A stretch of DNA of 64,000 nt from Candidatus Multivoradales bacterium (GTDB lineage: Bacteria; Acidobacteriota; Thermoanaerobaculia; Multivoradales; JAHEKO01): assembly GCA_965248055.1 (NCBI GenBank), contig CBDFIJ010000004.1:2720001-2784000 (forward strand), in the 5' to 3' direction. Shown piece by piece: positions 10,142-20,458 of the stretch. The notes beneath the pieces are model-generated. The model was not told the DNA's origin, ran no database searches, and saw nothing but the letters and a program-made list of their open reading frames with translations. Position numbers and translations under genes: made by a program. Position 1 is the first letter of the stretch, and each line of letters begins with the position of its first letter.

Positions 10142-11320
10142 ATGAGAATCTTGCAAGACACCAATATCGATTTCATGAAATACCGACGGCCTTGGATCAT
10201 TGTGTCCTTGGTCTTGATCCTGTTCGGCGCATACGTGATTTTTTTCGGCGGGCACCTCAATCTAGGGATTGACTTCGCCGGTGGCACCCAGATGAACTTG
10301 AAGTTCGCTGAGGAGCCGGATCTGGCCGATTTGCGCCAGACCCTACAGGCTGCCGGCATCCCAGATCCCCAGATTCAAAGATTTGGGGACGTGGGTGGAA
10401 ACGAGGTCCTGATCCGAACTCCGGTGGCTGCGGCAGGTGAGGAAGAGCGTAAACAGCAGATTGAGGTAGCGTTGGATAGCTGGTTGGGCCAGTCGAATAA
10501 TGGCTTTGACATCAACCGCAACGGTGCCGACGCAGTCGCAGCGTGGCTGACTACGCGAAATCCAGACGCTTTAACGGGTGATCCTGGGTCCATTCGGGCG
10601 CACTACGACACAGTTGCTGCGGCTATTGCGGCATCGCGTCGGGAGCTCGGCCATTTGTCCGATGTCGACGCGCTGCGCTCAGTGGTCAGTGAACCTACCG
10701 CCGCGGTTTTGGCGAGCGACGCTAAGTTCGGCGATCTGGCGATCTTAGGTGCCGGACGGGTCAGCGCCCAGGTGGGGTCGGAGCTGCGCAAGCGTGGCAT
10801 CTTGGCGGTATCGCTGGCACTGCTTGGCATGCTGGCATATATCTGGTTGCGCTTTGAGCTACGTTTTGGCGTTGGTGCGTTGATGGCAGTAATCCATGAC
10901 GTGTTCATCACCCTTAGTTTGTTTGCTTTGGCAGGCTTCGAGTTCAACTTGACCACCATCGCCGGTTTCTTGACCCTGGTGGGCTACTCGGTGAACGACA
11001 GTGTGGTGGTGTTTGATCGAGTGCGCGAGAACCTGAATCAGCTTCGTTCGCGGCCTTTGGTTGACGTGATGAATTGGAGTTTGAACCAAACGCTGTCGCG
11101 TACCATCTTGACTTCCGGTACCACCTTGCTGGCAGTGGGGGCTTTGTTATTTCTTGGCGGAGATGTGCTCAAGGGGTTTGCCTTCATTTTGATGATCGGG
11201 GTTGTTGCCGGCACCTATTCGTCGATTTACATCGCCAGTCCTTTTGCTCTCCTTTGGGAGAAACACTTTGGTGGCAAGGGCGAATCAGCTAGCGCCAAGT
11301 CAAAGACCGCCCCTGCTTGA
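10142..11320 (+). CDS. secF: Protein translocase subunit SecF with periplasmic insertion
   Basis: GIDFAGG and GYSVNDSVVVFDRVRE motifs. Confidence 0.96.
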   Translation: MRILQDTNIDFMKYRRPWIIVSLVLILFGAYVIFFGGHLNLGIDFAGGTQMNLKFAEEPDLADLRQTLQAAGIPDPQIQRFGDVGGNEVLIRTPVAAAGEEERKQQIEVALDSWLGQSNNGFDINRNGADAVAAWLTTRNPDALTGDPGSIRAHYDTVAAAIAASRRELGHLSDVDALRSVVSEPTAAVLASDAKFGDLAILGAGRVSAQVGSELRKRGILAVSLALLGMLAYIWLRFELRFGVGALMAVIHDVFITLSLFALAGFEFNLTTIAGFLTLVGYSVNDSVVVFDRVRENLNQLRSRPLVDVMNWSLNQTLSRTILTSGTTLLAVGALLFLGGDVLKGFAFILMIGVVAGTYSSIYIASPFALLWEKHFGGKGESASAKSKTAPA

Positions 11321-11407
11321 GGGGTTCGATAGCCAGAATCGTCAATCGACGACCGTTGATCCCTATAATTGGACGACCTGAGATCGTGGGTTTTGATCCT
11401 GTGATCC

Positions 11408-13636
11408 TTGGTCGGCATGCCTTCACTACCGCGCCTTACTAACAACAGTCGAATTTCCGTTCCGGTGGTGCCGCGCTCAGAGGTCGATGTCGACCTTGTC
11501 ATTGGGTGTTTAGACAAGAGCGGTCGAGAATTCGATCCGGCGCGCATTCGAGCGGTATACCAATTCGCTGCAGCGAAACATGCGCAGCAGAAGAGAGCGT
11601 CGGGAAAGCCCTACACCAGCCATCTGGTCTATGTCGCTTATCTTCTCGCCGACCAGCGATTCGATGCGGCGACGGTGGAGGCTGGGCTGCTGCATGACAC
11701 CCTGGAAGACACCGAGACAACACTTGAGGAGCTGAGCCAAGAGTTTGGCAAGGAGGTCGCCGATCTGGTCGACAGTGTGACCAAGATCGGTCGTCACGCC
11801 TATGTACGACGGGATCAAGCCCAAGCGGAGACCTTCCGCAAACTGATTCTGGCTTCGGTGCGCGATGTTCGCGCTATTGCCGTCAAGCTGGCCGATCGCT
11901 TGCACAACATGCTGACGCTTGAGCATTTGGACGACGAGCGGCGTCGGAGGATCGCACGAGAGACGTTGGAGATCTATGCCCCGATCGCCCATCGACTAGG
12001 TATGGCGAGAGTGCAAGGAGACCTCGAAGATCTTTCTTTCTACCACCTGTTTCCGCATCAATACAAAAGGCTGCACAACAGTCTCGAAGCTCGAGTGAGG
12101 GTCGCCAAGAGTGCCAACAAAGCGATCCACCAGCAACTGCAAAAATCCTTGACCGATGCTGCCATTGAAGCACAGATCGGGCATCGGGTGAAGCGCTACT
12201 ATTCGATCTATCTCAAGTTGCGCCGACGCGGAATCAGCCTGGATCGTCTCTATGACTATCTGGCGTATCGAGTCATTGCCGGCGATGTCAAGGATTGCTA
12301 CGCCACGCTCGGCGTAGTCCACCAACGTTGGCGACCGGTCCCTGGGAGATTCAAAGACTATATTGCGATGCCCAAGCCCAATCTCTATCAAAGTCTTCAT
12401 ACGACTGTCGTTTCGGACCAGGGCACACCGTTTGAGATCCAGATTCGCACCATCGAAATGGATCGTATTGCGGAAGAGGGGATCGCCGCCCATTGGCGCT
12501 ACAAGGAGTCATCGACTGCAGGAAGTGATGAAGGACGCGCGATCGGTTGGCTGCGCCAATTATTGGAATGGCAGCAGGGCTTGGAAGACCCTCAAAGTTT
12601 CCTGGCGTCCTTAAAGATCGACCTGTTCCCGGATGAAGTGTATGTGTTCACCCCCAAAGGAGACGTCATGGCGTTTCCTCGAGGTGCGACCCCGCTTGAT
12701 TTCGCATACCAAGTTCATTCTGACGTCGGGCATCACTGCTCGGGTACTCGGGTCAACGGCAAACTGGTGCCCCTTCGGACTCAACTGGTCAACGGCGATC
12801 AGGTCGAGGTGTTGACCGACCCAGGCCGTAGTCCCAGCAGCGATTGGTTGGAGTTCGCAGTGACCACCCGAGCACGGGCCAAGATTCGACAATGGCTCAA
12901 CGCGCAGCAAAAAGAGCGTGCGACGGACGTTGGCCGTCGGATGATCGAAAAGGAGCTGCGCAAGCATTCGACCACCCTAAAGAAGTTTTTGGCCCACGCC
13001 GATCTACCTGCGTATCTCGCGGCTAACGGGATATCGAAGCCTGAGGACCTCTTGAGCGAAATTGGTTTCGGGAAAATTATGCCCCGGGTTACGGTTGAGA
13101 AAGTACTGAGATCCGCGCCGCCGGAAACCGAACCTGACGCCGGCATTGGCCAAGCAATTCGCCGCTGGCTACCAGGAGCTAGCCAAGCGGTGGTGGTCGA
13201 AGGCCATGGAGACCTTCTCGTCTACTTAGCCAAATGCTGTAACCCGCTGCCCGGCGATGCAATCGTCGGCTACGTGACGCGTGGCCGAGGAGTTTCGGTT
13301 CATCGAACCGATTGCCCCAACGTCGCCAAGCTGCTGTACCACCCAGAACGAGAGATTGAAGTCGCATGGGGGAAAAGCGACAATGCGTACGCGGTGGTTG
13401 TCGACATAGAAACTGTCGATGAGACCGGAGTCTTAGCGCGGCTTACCGAGGCGATGGCCAAAGACAAACGCAATATTCGTCAGATAACTGCCGACACCAA
13501 GGTGGAAGGTCGCGGCCGAATTGCTGTAGTTATCGAGGTTACGGGTCGGAGCGACCTCGACCGGCTGTGCAATGGACTGTTGGCGATTCCGGGCGTCCTG
13601 GGGGTTGAGCGCCGCATGGATATGCCGGGAGAGTAA
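11408..13636 (+). CDS. rel: Bifunctional (p)ppGpp synthetase/hydrolase (long RSH)
   Basis: Intact HD motif (LLHDTLED), RFKD synthetase motif, TGS, CC and ACT domains. TATAAT at 11364-11369. Start codon is uncertain. Confidence 0.95.
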   Translation: MVGMPSLPRLTNNSRISVPVVPRSEVDVDLVIGCLDKSGREFDPARIRAVYQFAAAKHAQQKRASGKPYTSHLVYVAYLLADQRFDAATVEAGLLHDTLEDTETTLEELSQEFGKEVADLVDSVTKIGRHAYVRRDQAQAETFRKLILASVRDVRAIAVKLADRLHNMLTLEHLDDERRRRIARETLEIYAPIAHRLGMARVQGDLEDLSFYHLFPHQYKRLHNSLEARVRVAKSANKAIHQQLQKSLTDAAIEAQIGHRVKRYYSIYLKLRRRGISLDRLYDYLAYRVIAGDVKDCYATLGVVHQRWRPVPGRFKDYIAMPKPNLYQSLHTTVVSDQGTPFEIQIRTIEMDRIAEEGIAAHWRYKESSTAGSDEGRAIGWLRQLLEWQQGLEDPQSFLASLKIDLFPDEVYVFTPKGDVMAFPRGATPLDFAYQVHSDVGHHCSGTRVNGKLVPLRTQLVNGDQVEVLTDPGRSPSSDWLEFAVTTRARAKIRQWLNAQQKERATDVGRRMIEKELRKHSTTLKKFLAHADLPAYLAANGISKPEDLLSEIGFGKIMPRVTVEKVLRSAPPETEPDAGIGQAIRRWLPGASQAVVVEGHGDLLVYLAKCCNPLPGDAIVGYVTRGRGVSVHRTDCPNVAKLLYHPEREIEVAWGKSDNAYAVVVDIETVDETGVLARLTEAMAKDKRNIRQITADTKVEGRGRIAVVIEVTGRSDLDRLCNGLLAIPGVLGVERRMDMPGE

Positions 13637-13679
13637 TCCCGGCAGAAGCAACGCCCTCTCCCAGGCCGGGGCAGAGAAC

Positions 13680-13898
13680 TTACGACTGCTCTGCGTCGAA
13701 CGAGCGGCTGACCGGCTTGGTGACTTTTCCGCTTCTCAGGCAGCGAGTACAAACCCAAACGCGGCGAACGGCACCGTCAATTTGCGCTCGGACTTTCTGT
13801 AGGTTGGGGCGCATGGGACGGTTGGAAACATTGTGGGCGTGACTGATGCTGCGACCGGCAACCGTTCGTTTCTCGCAGATATAGCATTGCTTAGACAT
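13680..13898 (-). CDS. rpmB: 50S ribosomal protein L28 (zinc-binding form)
   Basis: CYIC...ISHAHN...PNLQ...CTRCLRSG. Minus-strand TATAAT at 13969-13974. Confidence 0.95.
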   Translation of the reverse strand: MSKQCYICEKRTVAGRSISHAHNVSNRPMRPNLQKVRAQIDGAVRRVWVCTRCLRSGKVTKPVSRSFDAEQS

Positions 13899-14190
13899 CG
13901 GATTCCTCGTTTTTGATCTAGGGCTTCTCGACCGCCTACGAACAAGATGGCGGGTTCAAAGATCGCAAATTATAGCTTCTTTTTGCGAAATTGTTGGTCT
14001 GTGACAAGAGGCCGCGTGTTCGGTGTGCGCTGCGGACTGGACTTGGCGTCCAACTTGTGGCAAAAACTCCTAACGAAATTGGGGAAACTCAATAATTGGC
14101 AGAGAGCGACTTGGAGGATCGGACGAATTAATGCATTGGTACAACCAATCTCTTAGCTTCCTTACAGCTAACCGAAGGGGAGCATAACGG

Positions 14191-15243
14191 GTGATCTTCT
14201 CTAGATCTAAGAATGTTGTCGGCCTTGATATTGGCAGTTCGGCACTTAAGCTTGTCGAGTTGAAAAAGCAAGGCGACCGGTACGCGCTGGAACGTGTCGG
14301 ATTTGAACTCCTACCCCCGGAAGCGATTGTTGACGGAACGATCATGGATTCGGGTTTGGTAGTCGATGCCGCACGTCGCCTGTGTGACGCCTCCGGTGTT
14401 CGAAGTTCCTCCTTCGCCACTTCGGTGTCAGGTCATTCGGTGATCCTTAAGAAAATCGAGATTTCTGCCACCAACGAAGAAGAGTTGGCGGAGTCACTGC
14501 GTTGGGAAGCGGAGCAGTACATCCCCTTTGAGATTGACGATGTGAGACTGGACTACGTAGTTCTGGATAGCCGTGGTTCGACCAATGAAGTTCTTCTCGT
14601 CGCCGTCAAGCGAGACAAAATAAACGATTACGTTTCTGTTGTCACCCAGTCGGGGCGCACTCCAGAGATTGTTGATATCGATACCTTTGCGGTACAAAAC
14701 GCCTATCAAGAAACGTCTGGGCGTAATACCTCTGGAATCGCGGCTGTGCTCAATATTGGCGCGTCGGTCACCAACGTCAACATCATTGATGGCGGCAAAA
14801 CGTCGTTATGGCGGGATTTGACTTTTGGCGGGGCGCAGTTCACTGAAGCGTTGCAGCGACAGTTCGGCCTATCTCACCAAGACGCGGAGCTAGCCAAACG
14901 CGGTGAACTCGACGACGGTCGTGATCCCGAGGCTATCCGCGAGGTCCTTGCCTCAGTTTCAGATCAGTTCGCGACCGAAGTTGCCAAAACGTTTGCCTTT
15001 TTTTCCAACAACTTGGGCGGCCGAAAGATCGACAGTGTGGTGGTGACGGGGGGCGGATCAATGACTCCTGGACTGATCGATAGCTTGCGAGCTGAATTGG
15101 GGATTTCAGTCGCGCGCTTTGACCCATTGGATGGCATCGAGACCGATGGCAAAGGCTTTGATCCGAGTTGGCTCGCTTCGATCGGCCCTAGTTTGGCTGT
15201 CGCGGTTGGCCTGGCAATGCGCACGGTAGGAGATGAGTCGTGA
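14191..15243 (+). CDS. pilM: Type IV pilus assembly protein PilM
   Basis: VGLDIGSSALKLVEL and EAEQYIPF motifs of the actin-like PilM family. Confidence 0.95.
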   Translation: MIFSRSKNVVGLDIGSSALKLVELKKQGDRYALERVGFELLPPEAIVDGTIMDSGLVVDAARRLCDASGVRSSSFATSVSGHSVILKKIEISATNEEELAESLRWEAEQYIPFEIDDVRLDYVVLDSRGSTNEVLLVAVKRDKINDYVSVVTQSGRTPEIVDIDTFAVQNAYQETSGRNTSGIAAVLNIGASVTNVNIIDGGKTSLWRDLTFGGAQFTEALQRQFGLSHQDAELAKRGELDDGRDPEAIREVLASVSDQFATEVAKTFAFFSNNLGGRKIDSVVVTGGGSMTPGLIDSLRAELGISVARFDPLDGIETDGKGFDPSWLASIGPSLAVAVGLAMRTVGDES

Positions 15244-15860
15244 TTCGCATTAATCTACTTTCTGAGGAACGTAAACCGAAAGTTGCCCGGCTGGGGAAAC
15301 AGACCCAAGAAGCGTTGGCTGCTGACACCGCAACTCTCTGGTTGCTCGGAATTTTGGCGGTGTCTCTGATCTCCGGCGGCGTCTGGTACTGGCGTTTGCA
15401 CAGTACTACGGAAAGTTTGGACACTGAGATCGCTGAAGTCCAGGTGGAAGTGAATCGATTGCTGCCGATTATTGAGGAAGTTCAAGCGTTTGAGAAAAAG
15501 CGTGCTGAACTGCAGAACAAAGTCACCGTGATCAATGACCTCAAAGCTCGGCAACAGGTTCCGGTCAAAATCATGGATGTGGTCTCGCGGGCGCTCCCTG
15601 AACGACTGTGGTTGACCCAGGTCGCCCAACGAGGGACCACGATCACGGTTGCCGGGCAGGCTTTCAACACCAACGCGATCGCGTCGTTTCTCGACAATCT
15701 CGATCAAGTTCCAGGCATGACCGAACCGGTACTCCGTGAGACCCGACGCAGCCGTAGGTCTGCAGGGAGCAACGCGATTTATGAGTTCTCGGTGGTGTTT
15801 GGTCTCCGGACCCAGCAAGCGGAAGACTCCGAAGGAGCGGCGCAGGCCGCATTGAGGTAG
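15240..15860 (+). CDS. pilN: Type IV pilus assembly protein PilN
   Basis: MIRINLL N-terminus, TM helix, coiled coil and LPERLWLT. Confidence 0.93.
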   Translation: MIRINLLSEERKPKVARLGKQTQEALAADTATLWLLGILAVSLISGGVWYWRLHSTTESLDTEIAEVQVEVNRLLPIIEEVQAFEKKRAELQNKVTVINDLKARQQVPVKIMDVVSRALPERLWLTQVAQRGTTITVAGQAFNTNAIASFLDNLDQVPGMTEPVLRETRRSRRSAGSNAIYEFSVVFGLRTQQAEDSEGAAQAALR

Positions 15861-15868
15861 GAGAGGGA

Positions 15869-16489
15869 ATGGCATTTCAGACCGGACTTGAAGGCAAGCC
15901 TTACTATAGGGGTATTGCTGCTGGCTTGGTTATTAGTGCCCTATTGTTCTATGGGGCTCACAGGATGTTCTTTTCCAAAATGGAGGCGGGTATCGGGCAA
16001 CGAAAAGCCCGGATTATCGAGCTAAATGAGCAGTTAGAAAAGGGTCGACAGGCGGAAAGAAAGCTGCCGGAGTTTCGCGCTGAGGTGGCTGAGCTTGAGG
16101 CCAACCTAGAGCGATTGCTGCGTATTCTTCCCTCCCGGCGTAACACGCCAGAATTGCTTCGGCAGATTCGCAGCCTGACAGAGCAAGGTGATTTTCAGAC
16201 CTTGCGCATTGCACCGGGGCAGTTCGTGGACCGCGGCTTCTACACCGAGTGGCCGATCGCCATCAGCTTAGAAGGCGGGTATCACAACCTGGCCATCTTT
16301 TTTGACGACGTTAGTAAGCTTTCGCGGATTATCAATATCGGCAATTTGCAATTGCGTTCGCTGGGCAGGCGAGGCAACACGGCTACTAGGCCGGGACACA
16401 CCGTGTCTGCGGACTTTCAAGCTCTGACCTTTATTTATGAAGATCCCCCGCCACCGAGCGCTGATGGTGAGCAAGGAGCGGCGCGATGA
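15869..16489 (+). CDS. pilO: Type IV pilus assembly protein PilO
   Basis: TM plus coiled coil, ILPS...PELL, FYTEWPI and GGYHNL...SRIINI. Confidence 0.93.
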   Translation: MAFQTGLEGKPYYRGIAAGLVISALLFYGAHRMFFSKMEAGIGQRKARIIELNEQLEKGRQAERKLPEFRAEVAELEANLERLLRILPSRRNTPELLRQIRSLTEQGDFQTLRIAPGQFVDRGFYTEWPIAISLEGGYHNLAIFFDDVSKLSRIINIGNLQLRSLGRRGNTATRPGHTVSADFQALTFIYEDPPPPSADGEQGAAR

Positions 16490-17031
16490 AAATGAAATGG
16501 CCGCTAGTAGTGAGTATTTTTGGGTTGGTCTTTGGTGTCGGGGCTGTGAAGTCGCAGGACACCGCTGGGAGCGACGACGGGGTGGTCCAGGAAGAGGAGT
16601 TCGAGGAGCCAGAATTCTTTGAGTTCGACGCCCCGTCTGAGATCGAAGAGTTGTTGTCCGAGGAGTGGAGAGTGCTTGCCGGGGAGTCCCAGCCGTCCTA
16701 CGATCCGGGAACCCGGCGTGATCCTTTTCAGTCGCTGATTGTGGAACGAACTAGCGTGGTTTCGACTGGACAGCGCCCTGAAGGTCTTCCGGGGCTGTTA
16801 ATCGGCGATTTGGAAGTGACTGGAATCATGGCGTTTGGTGCCGAGAGAGTCGCGCAGGTGCGTGCCGCCGATCGCTCGGTTAGCTATTTGGTTCACGAAG
16901 GGGATCGACTGTTCGACGGCGATGTGATCAGTATTTCTTCGGAAGAAGTGGTTTTTCAGCAAGTGGTAGACGACCCCGCGGCACTCCGGCCTTTTAGAAC
17001 GGTTGTCAAGAAGCTAAGGCCCGAGAATTGA
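16486..17031 (+). CDS. pilP: PilP-like pilus assembly protein
   Basis: YDPGTRRDPFQS motif and position between pilO and pilQ. Confidence 0.8.
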   Translation: MKMKWPLVVSIFGLVFGVGAVKSQDTAGSDDGVVQEEEFEEPEFFEFDAPSEIEELLSEEWRVLAGESQPSYDPGTRRDPFQSLIVERTSVVSTGQRPEGLPGLLIGDLEVTGIMAFGAERVAQVRAADRSVSYLVHEGDRLFDGDVISISSEEVVFQQVVDDPAALRPFRTVVKKLRPEN

Positions 17032-17042
17032 GGAGAGCAGGC

Positions 17043-19829
17043 ATGGGTACTCGACAATTCAGTATGTTGCGCAACGCGGTACTGATCGCATTTGTTGTCG
17101 GCTGCGCCGTTGGCGCTCCGATGTTCTCCGAGGGGATTTCCCAGTTGGCCGAGATCTCGGTGGACGAGAGTGCGTCAGACGTTACCAAGATACGATTTGA
17201 CCTCGATCAGGTAACTAGCTGGTCTAGCTATCGCGCTGACGGCGGGGATTTGGTTATCGAACTTGCAGAGACCGTGGTCGGCTCATTCGTGGAGGTTCCG
17301 CCGATTAGCGGGGGCATCATTCGCGGGATTGAAATCGAAAGCGATCCAGACGGCCCGGTGACGCGCATCCGAGTTCTCGACGGCGACACCGAACATGAAA
17401 TCGTCCCGCACGGCAATTCATTAGAAATGCTGGTGCGCCCGCTTGGGGCCATAGCTGAACTGGCGACCGAGCCGATGGGAGAGGCTCTGGTTGCGGAAAG
17501 CGAGGCTACCGACGTGGCCGCAGATCCAGATTTGGCTGAGGTAGAGACAGCCATCGAAGCCGCCGAAGCCGTTCGACCGAGCGGCACTTCAGACGAGCCA
17601 TTCCTTGCCGCAGCGTTGACACAATTCGCCGGTACCCGAGTGGTTGCAGTTGAGACCGCTTCCCATGGTGGTGAAGTCAGCGTCTACATTCGCGGTGACG
17701 GTTCATTCGCCTATTCCGCATTTTCGTTGGACGGGCCGGATCGTTTCGTCATAGATCTTCTTGGCATTGTGGTTGGTGTTGAAGGTCGGGCGATTGGGAT
17801 TGATGAGGCGTTGGTTAGACAAGTCAGGCTGGCGCAGTACAGAGAGGATCCGCAGCCGGTAACTCGTGTGGTCTTCGACTTGTGGAGCCCCTATGTGCCA
17901 TGGGTCGAGTCGGTCGCGGACGGTGTCGTGGTGCGTTTCGGCTTTACGCACGCAGCCGAAGTCGCTCAAGTTGACCTTCCAGGGACCCCGGAGACCACAT
18001 TCCTGGAATCAGCGGAAGCGGAAACTCTAGAGCCCGCGATGGTCGTCATCGAGGAAACTATGGCAACCGAAACCGGCGAACTGGCCGACGCTGTCGTTGA
18101 AAAGTACGATGAAGTAACCGATCTAGTTGAGAATTTTGCAGATTCGATCGAAACTGACTACACGACGCTTGAGGAGGCAGAACCAGAAGTGGCCACTGAC
18201 CCCGGCCCGGTAGACGAAATCGAAGGCCAAGTAGCGAAGGTGGTCGACGAATTGGACCAGATTGCTGAGGATCTCGAATCCGTCGGTGAGTCCGAATATC
18301 AATCTGCGGATGACATTGCTGCAACGGTTGCTGAAGATGTGGCTGTCCAGAACGGTGTCGCTGAAGATGTGGCCGAAGATGCCGCCTCCGACATTGCCGA
18401 GACCGAATACCAATATCAGCAAAGTGAGCCAGAATCGACCCAAGAAATCATTGCTCAGGCAGTACCAGACGTGAGCTATGAGCCGGTTGCCGCAGCGTCC
18501 GAATCTGCTTACCACAACCAGCAGGATCTGACGGTTACCACGGGCGAGGCCACCAGCGACCCGAACCCCGCCACTGGCTTTGAAAGACAGCAGCTTGCTA
18601 GCGGCCAGCGCCAGTACACCGGAGAACCCATCGACTTGAGTTTGCAGGACTCCGACGTGCGCGACGTATTGCGGTCGCTGGCGCAATTATCGGGACTCAA
18701 CTTGGTGGTGCAGCCTGGCGTTACCGGTCGGGTTACCGTGGAGTTTGTTCAGGTACCCTGGGACCAAGCGCTTGAGCAGATCCTCAAGATCAACAGTTTG
18801 GGCTACGAAGTCGAAGGAACGATCATGCGTGTGGCGCCGCTGAATCAGCTCCGCCAGGAGGCTGAGGAACGGCAGCGGCTGGCTCAGGTACGGGCCGCGG
18901 CAGTGCCATTAACAACAGTGATCCAGCGTGTTAGCTACGCCAAAGCAAACGTGGTGGCGAGGATCTTGTCGGCGCGTGGCGGCATCATGAGTCAGCGTGG
19001 GTCGGTGGTTGTCGACGAGCGCACCAACACCTTGATCATCAAGGAGTTGCCGGCCTATGTCGACACTGTGCTGTCAGTGATTGAAAATCTCGACATCGCT
19101 GAGCCTCAGGTGATGATCGAGGCGCGCATTATTGAAACCACCAAGCGCTTTAGTCGTACCCTGGGGATCAACTGGGGATTCGGCGGTATCGCGGACAACG
19201 AGCACGGCAACACCACCGGTTTGGTGTTTCCCAACAACGCCCAGGTCGACGGGGGAGTTTCCTTGTTGACTGGAGCGCGCAACGGTTTTGTCGATCTGTC
19301 GCTGGGTAACGTACTTAATACCTTTAACTTGGATATCGCGTTGCAGGCTGCTGAGAACGAAGGGTTGATCAATGTGCTTTCGGAACCACGGATTTCGACA
19401 CTCAACAACGAACGTGCGACGATCCAGAGCGGCTTACAGATTCCCATCCAGACGGTGGCAAACAACACCGTCAGCGTGCAGTTTGTCAATGCAACGCTTC
19501 GGTTAGACGTCACTCCACAGGTGACCGCTGATGGCACGGTATTGATGGATGTGCGGATCCAGAAGCGCGAACCGCAGCCTGCTTTTGCAGTAGCCGGAGC
19601 GGCCAACGCTCCGATTGCCACCAAGGAAGCGAGCACCCGTGTGATTGTGCGCGATGGTGGTACCACGGTTATTGGCGGAATCTACGAGGTTTCCAGTGAC
19701 CAAGGCGAAGATCGAGTGCCCGGCCTGGGTAAGGTCAAAGGCATTGGCAACCTATTTAAGAATCGTCGCCGCAACGACGAAAATCAAGAACTGCTCATTT
19801 TCATCACCCCTAGGGTGATCCGGCTATAG
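17043..19829 (+). CDS. pilQ: Type IV pilus secretin PilQ with AMIN domains and long acidic linker
   Basis: PDRFVIDL (AMIN), YTGEPIDL, VPWDQAL, QVMIEARI and C-terminal ELLIFITPRVI. Confidence 0.95.
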   Translation: MGTRQFSMLRNAVLIAFVVGCAVGAPMFSEGISQLAEISVDESASDVTKIRFDLDQVTSWSSYRADGGDLVIELAETVVGSFVEVPPISGGIIRGIEIESDPDGPVTRIRVLDGDTEHEIVPHGNSLEMLVRPLGAIAELATEPMGEALVAESEATDVAADPDLAEVETAIEAAEAVRPSGTSDEPFLAAALTQFAGTRVVAVETASHGGEVSVYIRGDGSFAYSAFSLDGPDRFVIDLLGIVVGVEGRAIGIDEALVRQVRLAQYREDPQPVTRVVFDLWSPYVPWVESVADGVVVRFGFTHAAEVAQVDLPGTPETTFLESAEAETLEPAMVVIEETMATETGELADAVVEKYDEVTDLVENFADSIETDYTTLEEAEPEVATDPGPVDEIEGQVAKVVDELDQIAEDLESVGESEYQSADDIAATVAEDVAVQNGVAEDVAEDAASDIAETEYQYQQSEPESTQEIIAQAVPDVSYEPVAAASESAYHNQQDLTVTTGEATSDPNPATGFERQQLASGQRQYTGEPIDLSLQDSDVRDVLRSLAQLSGLNLVVQPGVTGRVTVEFVQVPWDQALEQILKINSLGYEVEGTIMRVAPLNQLRQEAEERQRLAQVRAAAVPLTTVIQRVSYAKANVVARILSARGGIMSQRGSVVVDERTNTLIIKELPAYVDTVLSVIENLDIAEPQVMIEARIIETTKRFSRTLGINWGFGGIADNEHGNTTGLVFPNNAQVDGGVSLLTGARNGFVDLSLGNVLNTFNLDIALQAAENEGLINVLSEPRISTLNNERATIQSGLQIPIQTVANNTVSVQFVNATLRLDVTPQVTADGTVLMDVRIQKREPQPAFAVAGAANAPIATKEASTRVIVRDGGTTVIGGIYEVSSDQGEDRVPGLGKVKGIGNLFKNRRRNDENQELLIFITPRVIRL

Positions 19830-19846
19830 GGAAGGGACAGGAGGAA

Positions 19847-20446
19847 GTGATGAGAAACAAACTTGTTCTAGCTCTGGTAGCGATCACTCTAGTTGGGGTC
19901 GCGGGATGCAAGACTCGCACAGATGGAACTGAGTCCGGTGGAGTACTGCTGGTAGTTTCAGATTTTGACGGATTGCCCTCTGGTGTAAGTATCAACTGTA
20001 GTCTCGGGGAGGTCGCAATTGAATTCTGTGATCCTGATACCTACCGCTCGGCGCGATTGTCAGTGGGTGAGCTAACTTTGGAGAATATTGTTGCTGATCC
20101 AACTGGGACGTCTAGCCGTCTAATGGATATTCAGATCACGCGGTATCAGATCGGTTTTCGGCGCATTGATACCGGATCCAGGCTGCCACCGACGCAATTT
20201 CGTAACGTTGGCGTACTTGTCCCGGCCAACGGGACCGCTGCGATTACCAATCTTCCGATTTTGACTTCGGAGGCATTTACCAATCAGCCACTAACTGACC
20301 TGCGTTTACGCAATGGCGGCGTAGACAGTGAGACGGGGAGTGAGACGATGTTGATCGAGTTCGAGATGATTTTTCACGGGCGCACTTTGTCCGGGGATGA
20401 GGTGCAGAGCAATGCTTTCACCTTTACTGTTGAGTTCAGGGCCTAG
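19847..20446 (+). CDS. Uncharacterised lipoprotein downstream of pilQ
   Basis: Lipobox VAGC, beta-rich composition and GAGGA RBS. Confidence 0.75.
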   Translation: MMRNKLVLALVAITLVGVAGCKTRTDGTESGGVLLVVSDFDGLPSGVSINCSLGEVAIEFCDPDTYRSARLSVGELTLENIVADPTGTSSRLMDIQITRYQIGFRRIDTGSRLPPTQFRNVGVLVPANGTAAITNLPILTSEAFTNQPLTDLRLRNGGVDSETGSETMLIEFEMIFHGRTLSGDEVQSNAFTFTVEFRA

Positions 20447-20458
20447 GACGGGAGGCAG

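Noticed and set aside
14043-14155. Sigma54 promoter for pilM
   Set aside because: The candidates TGGCGTCCAACTTGT and TGGTACAACCAATCT lack the -12 GC.
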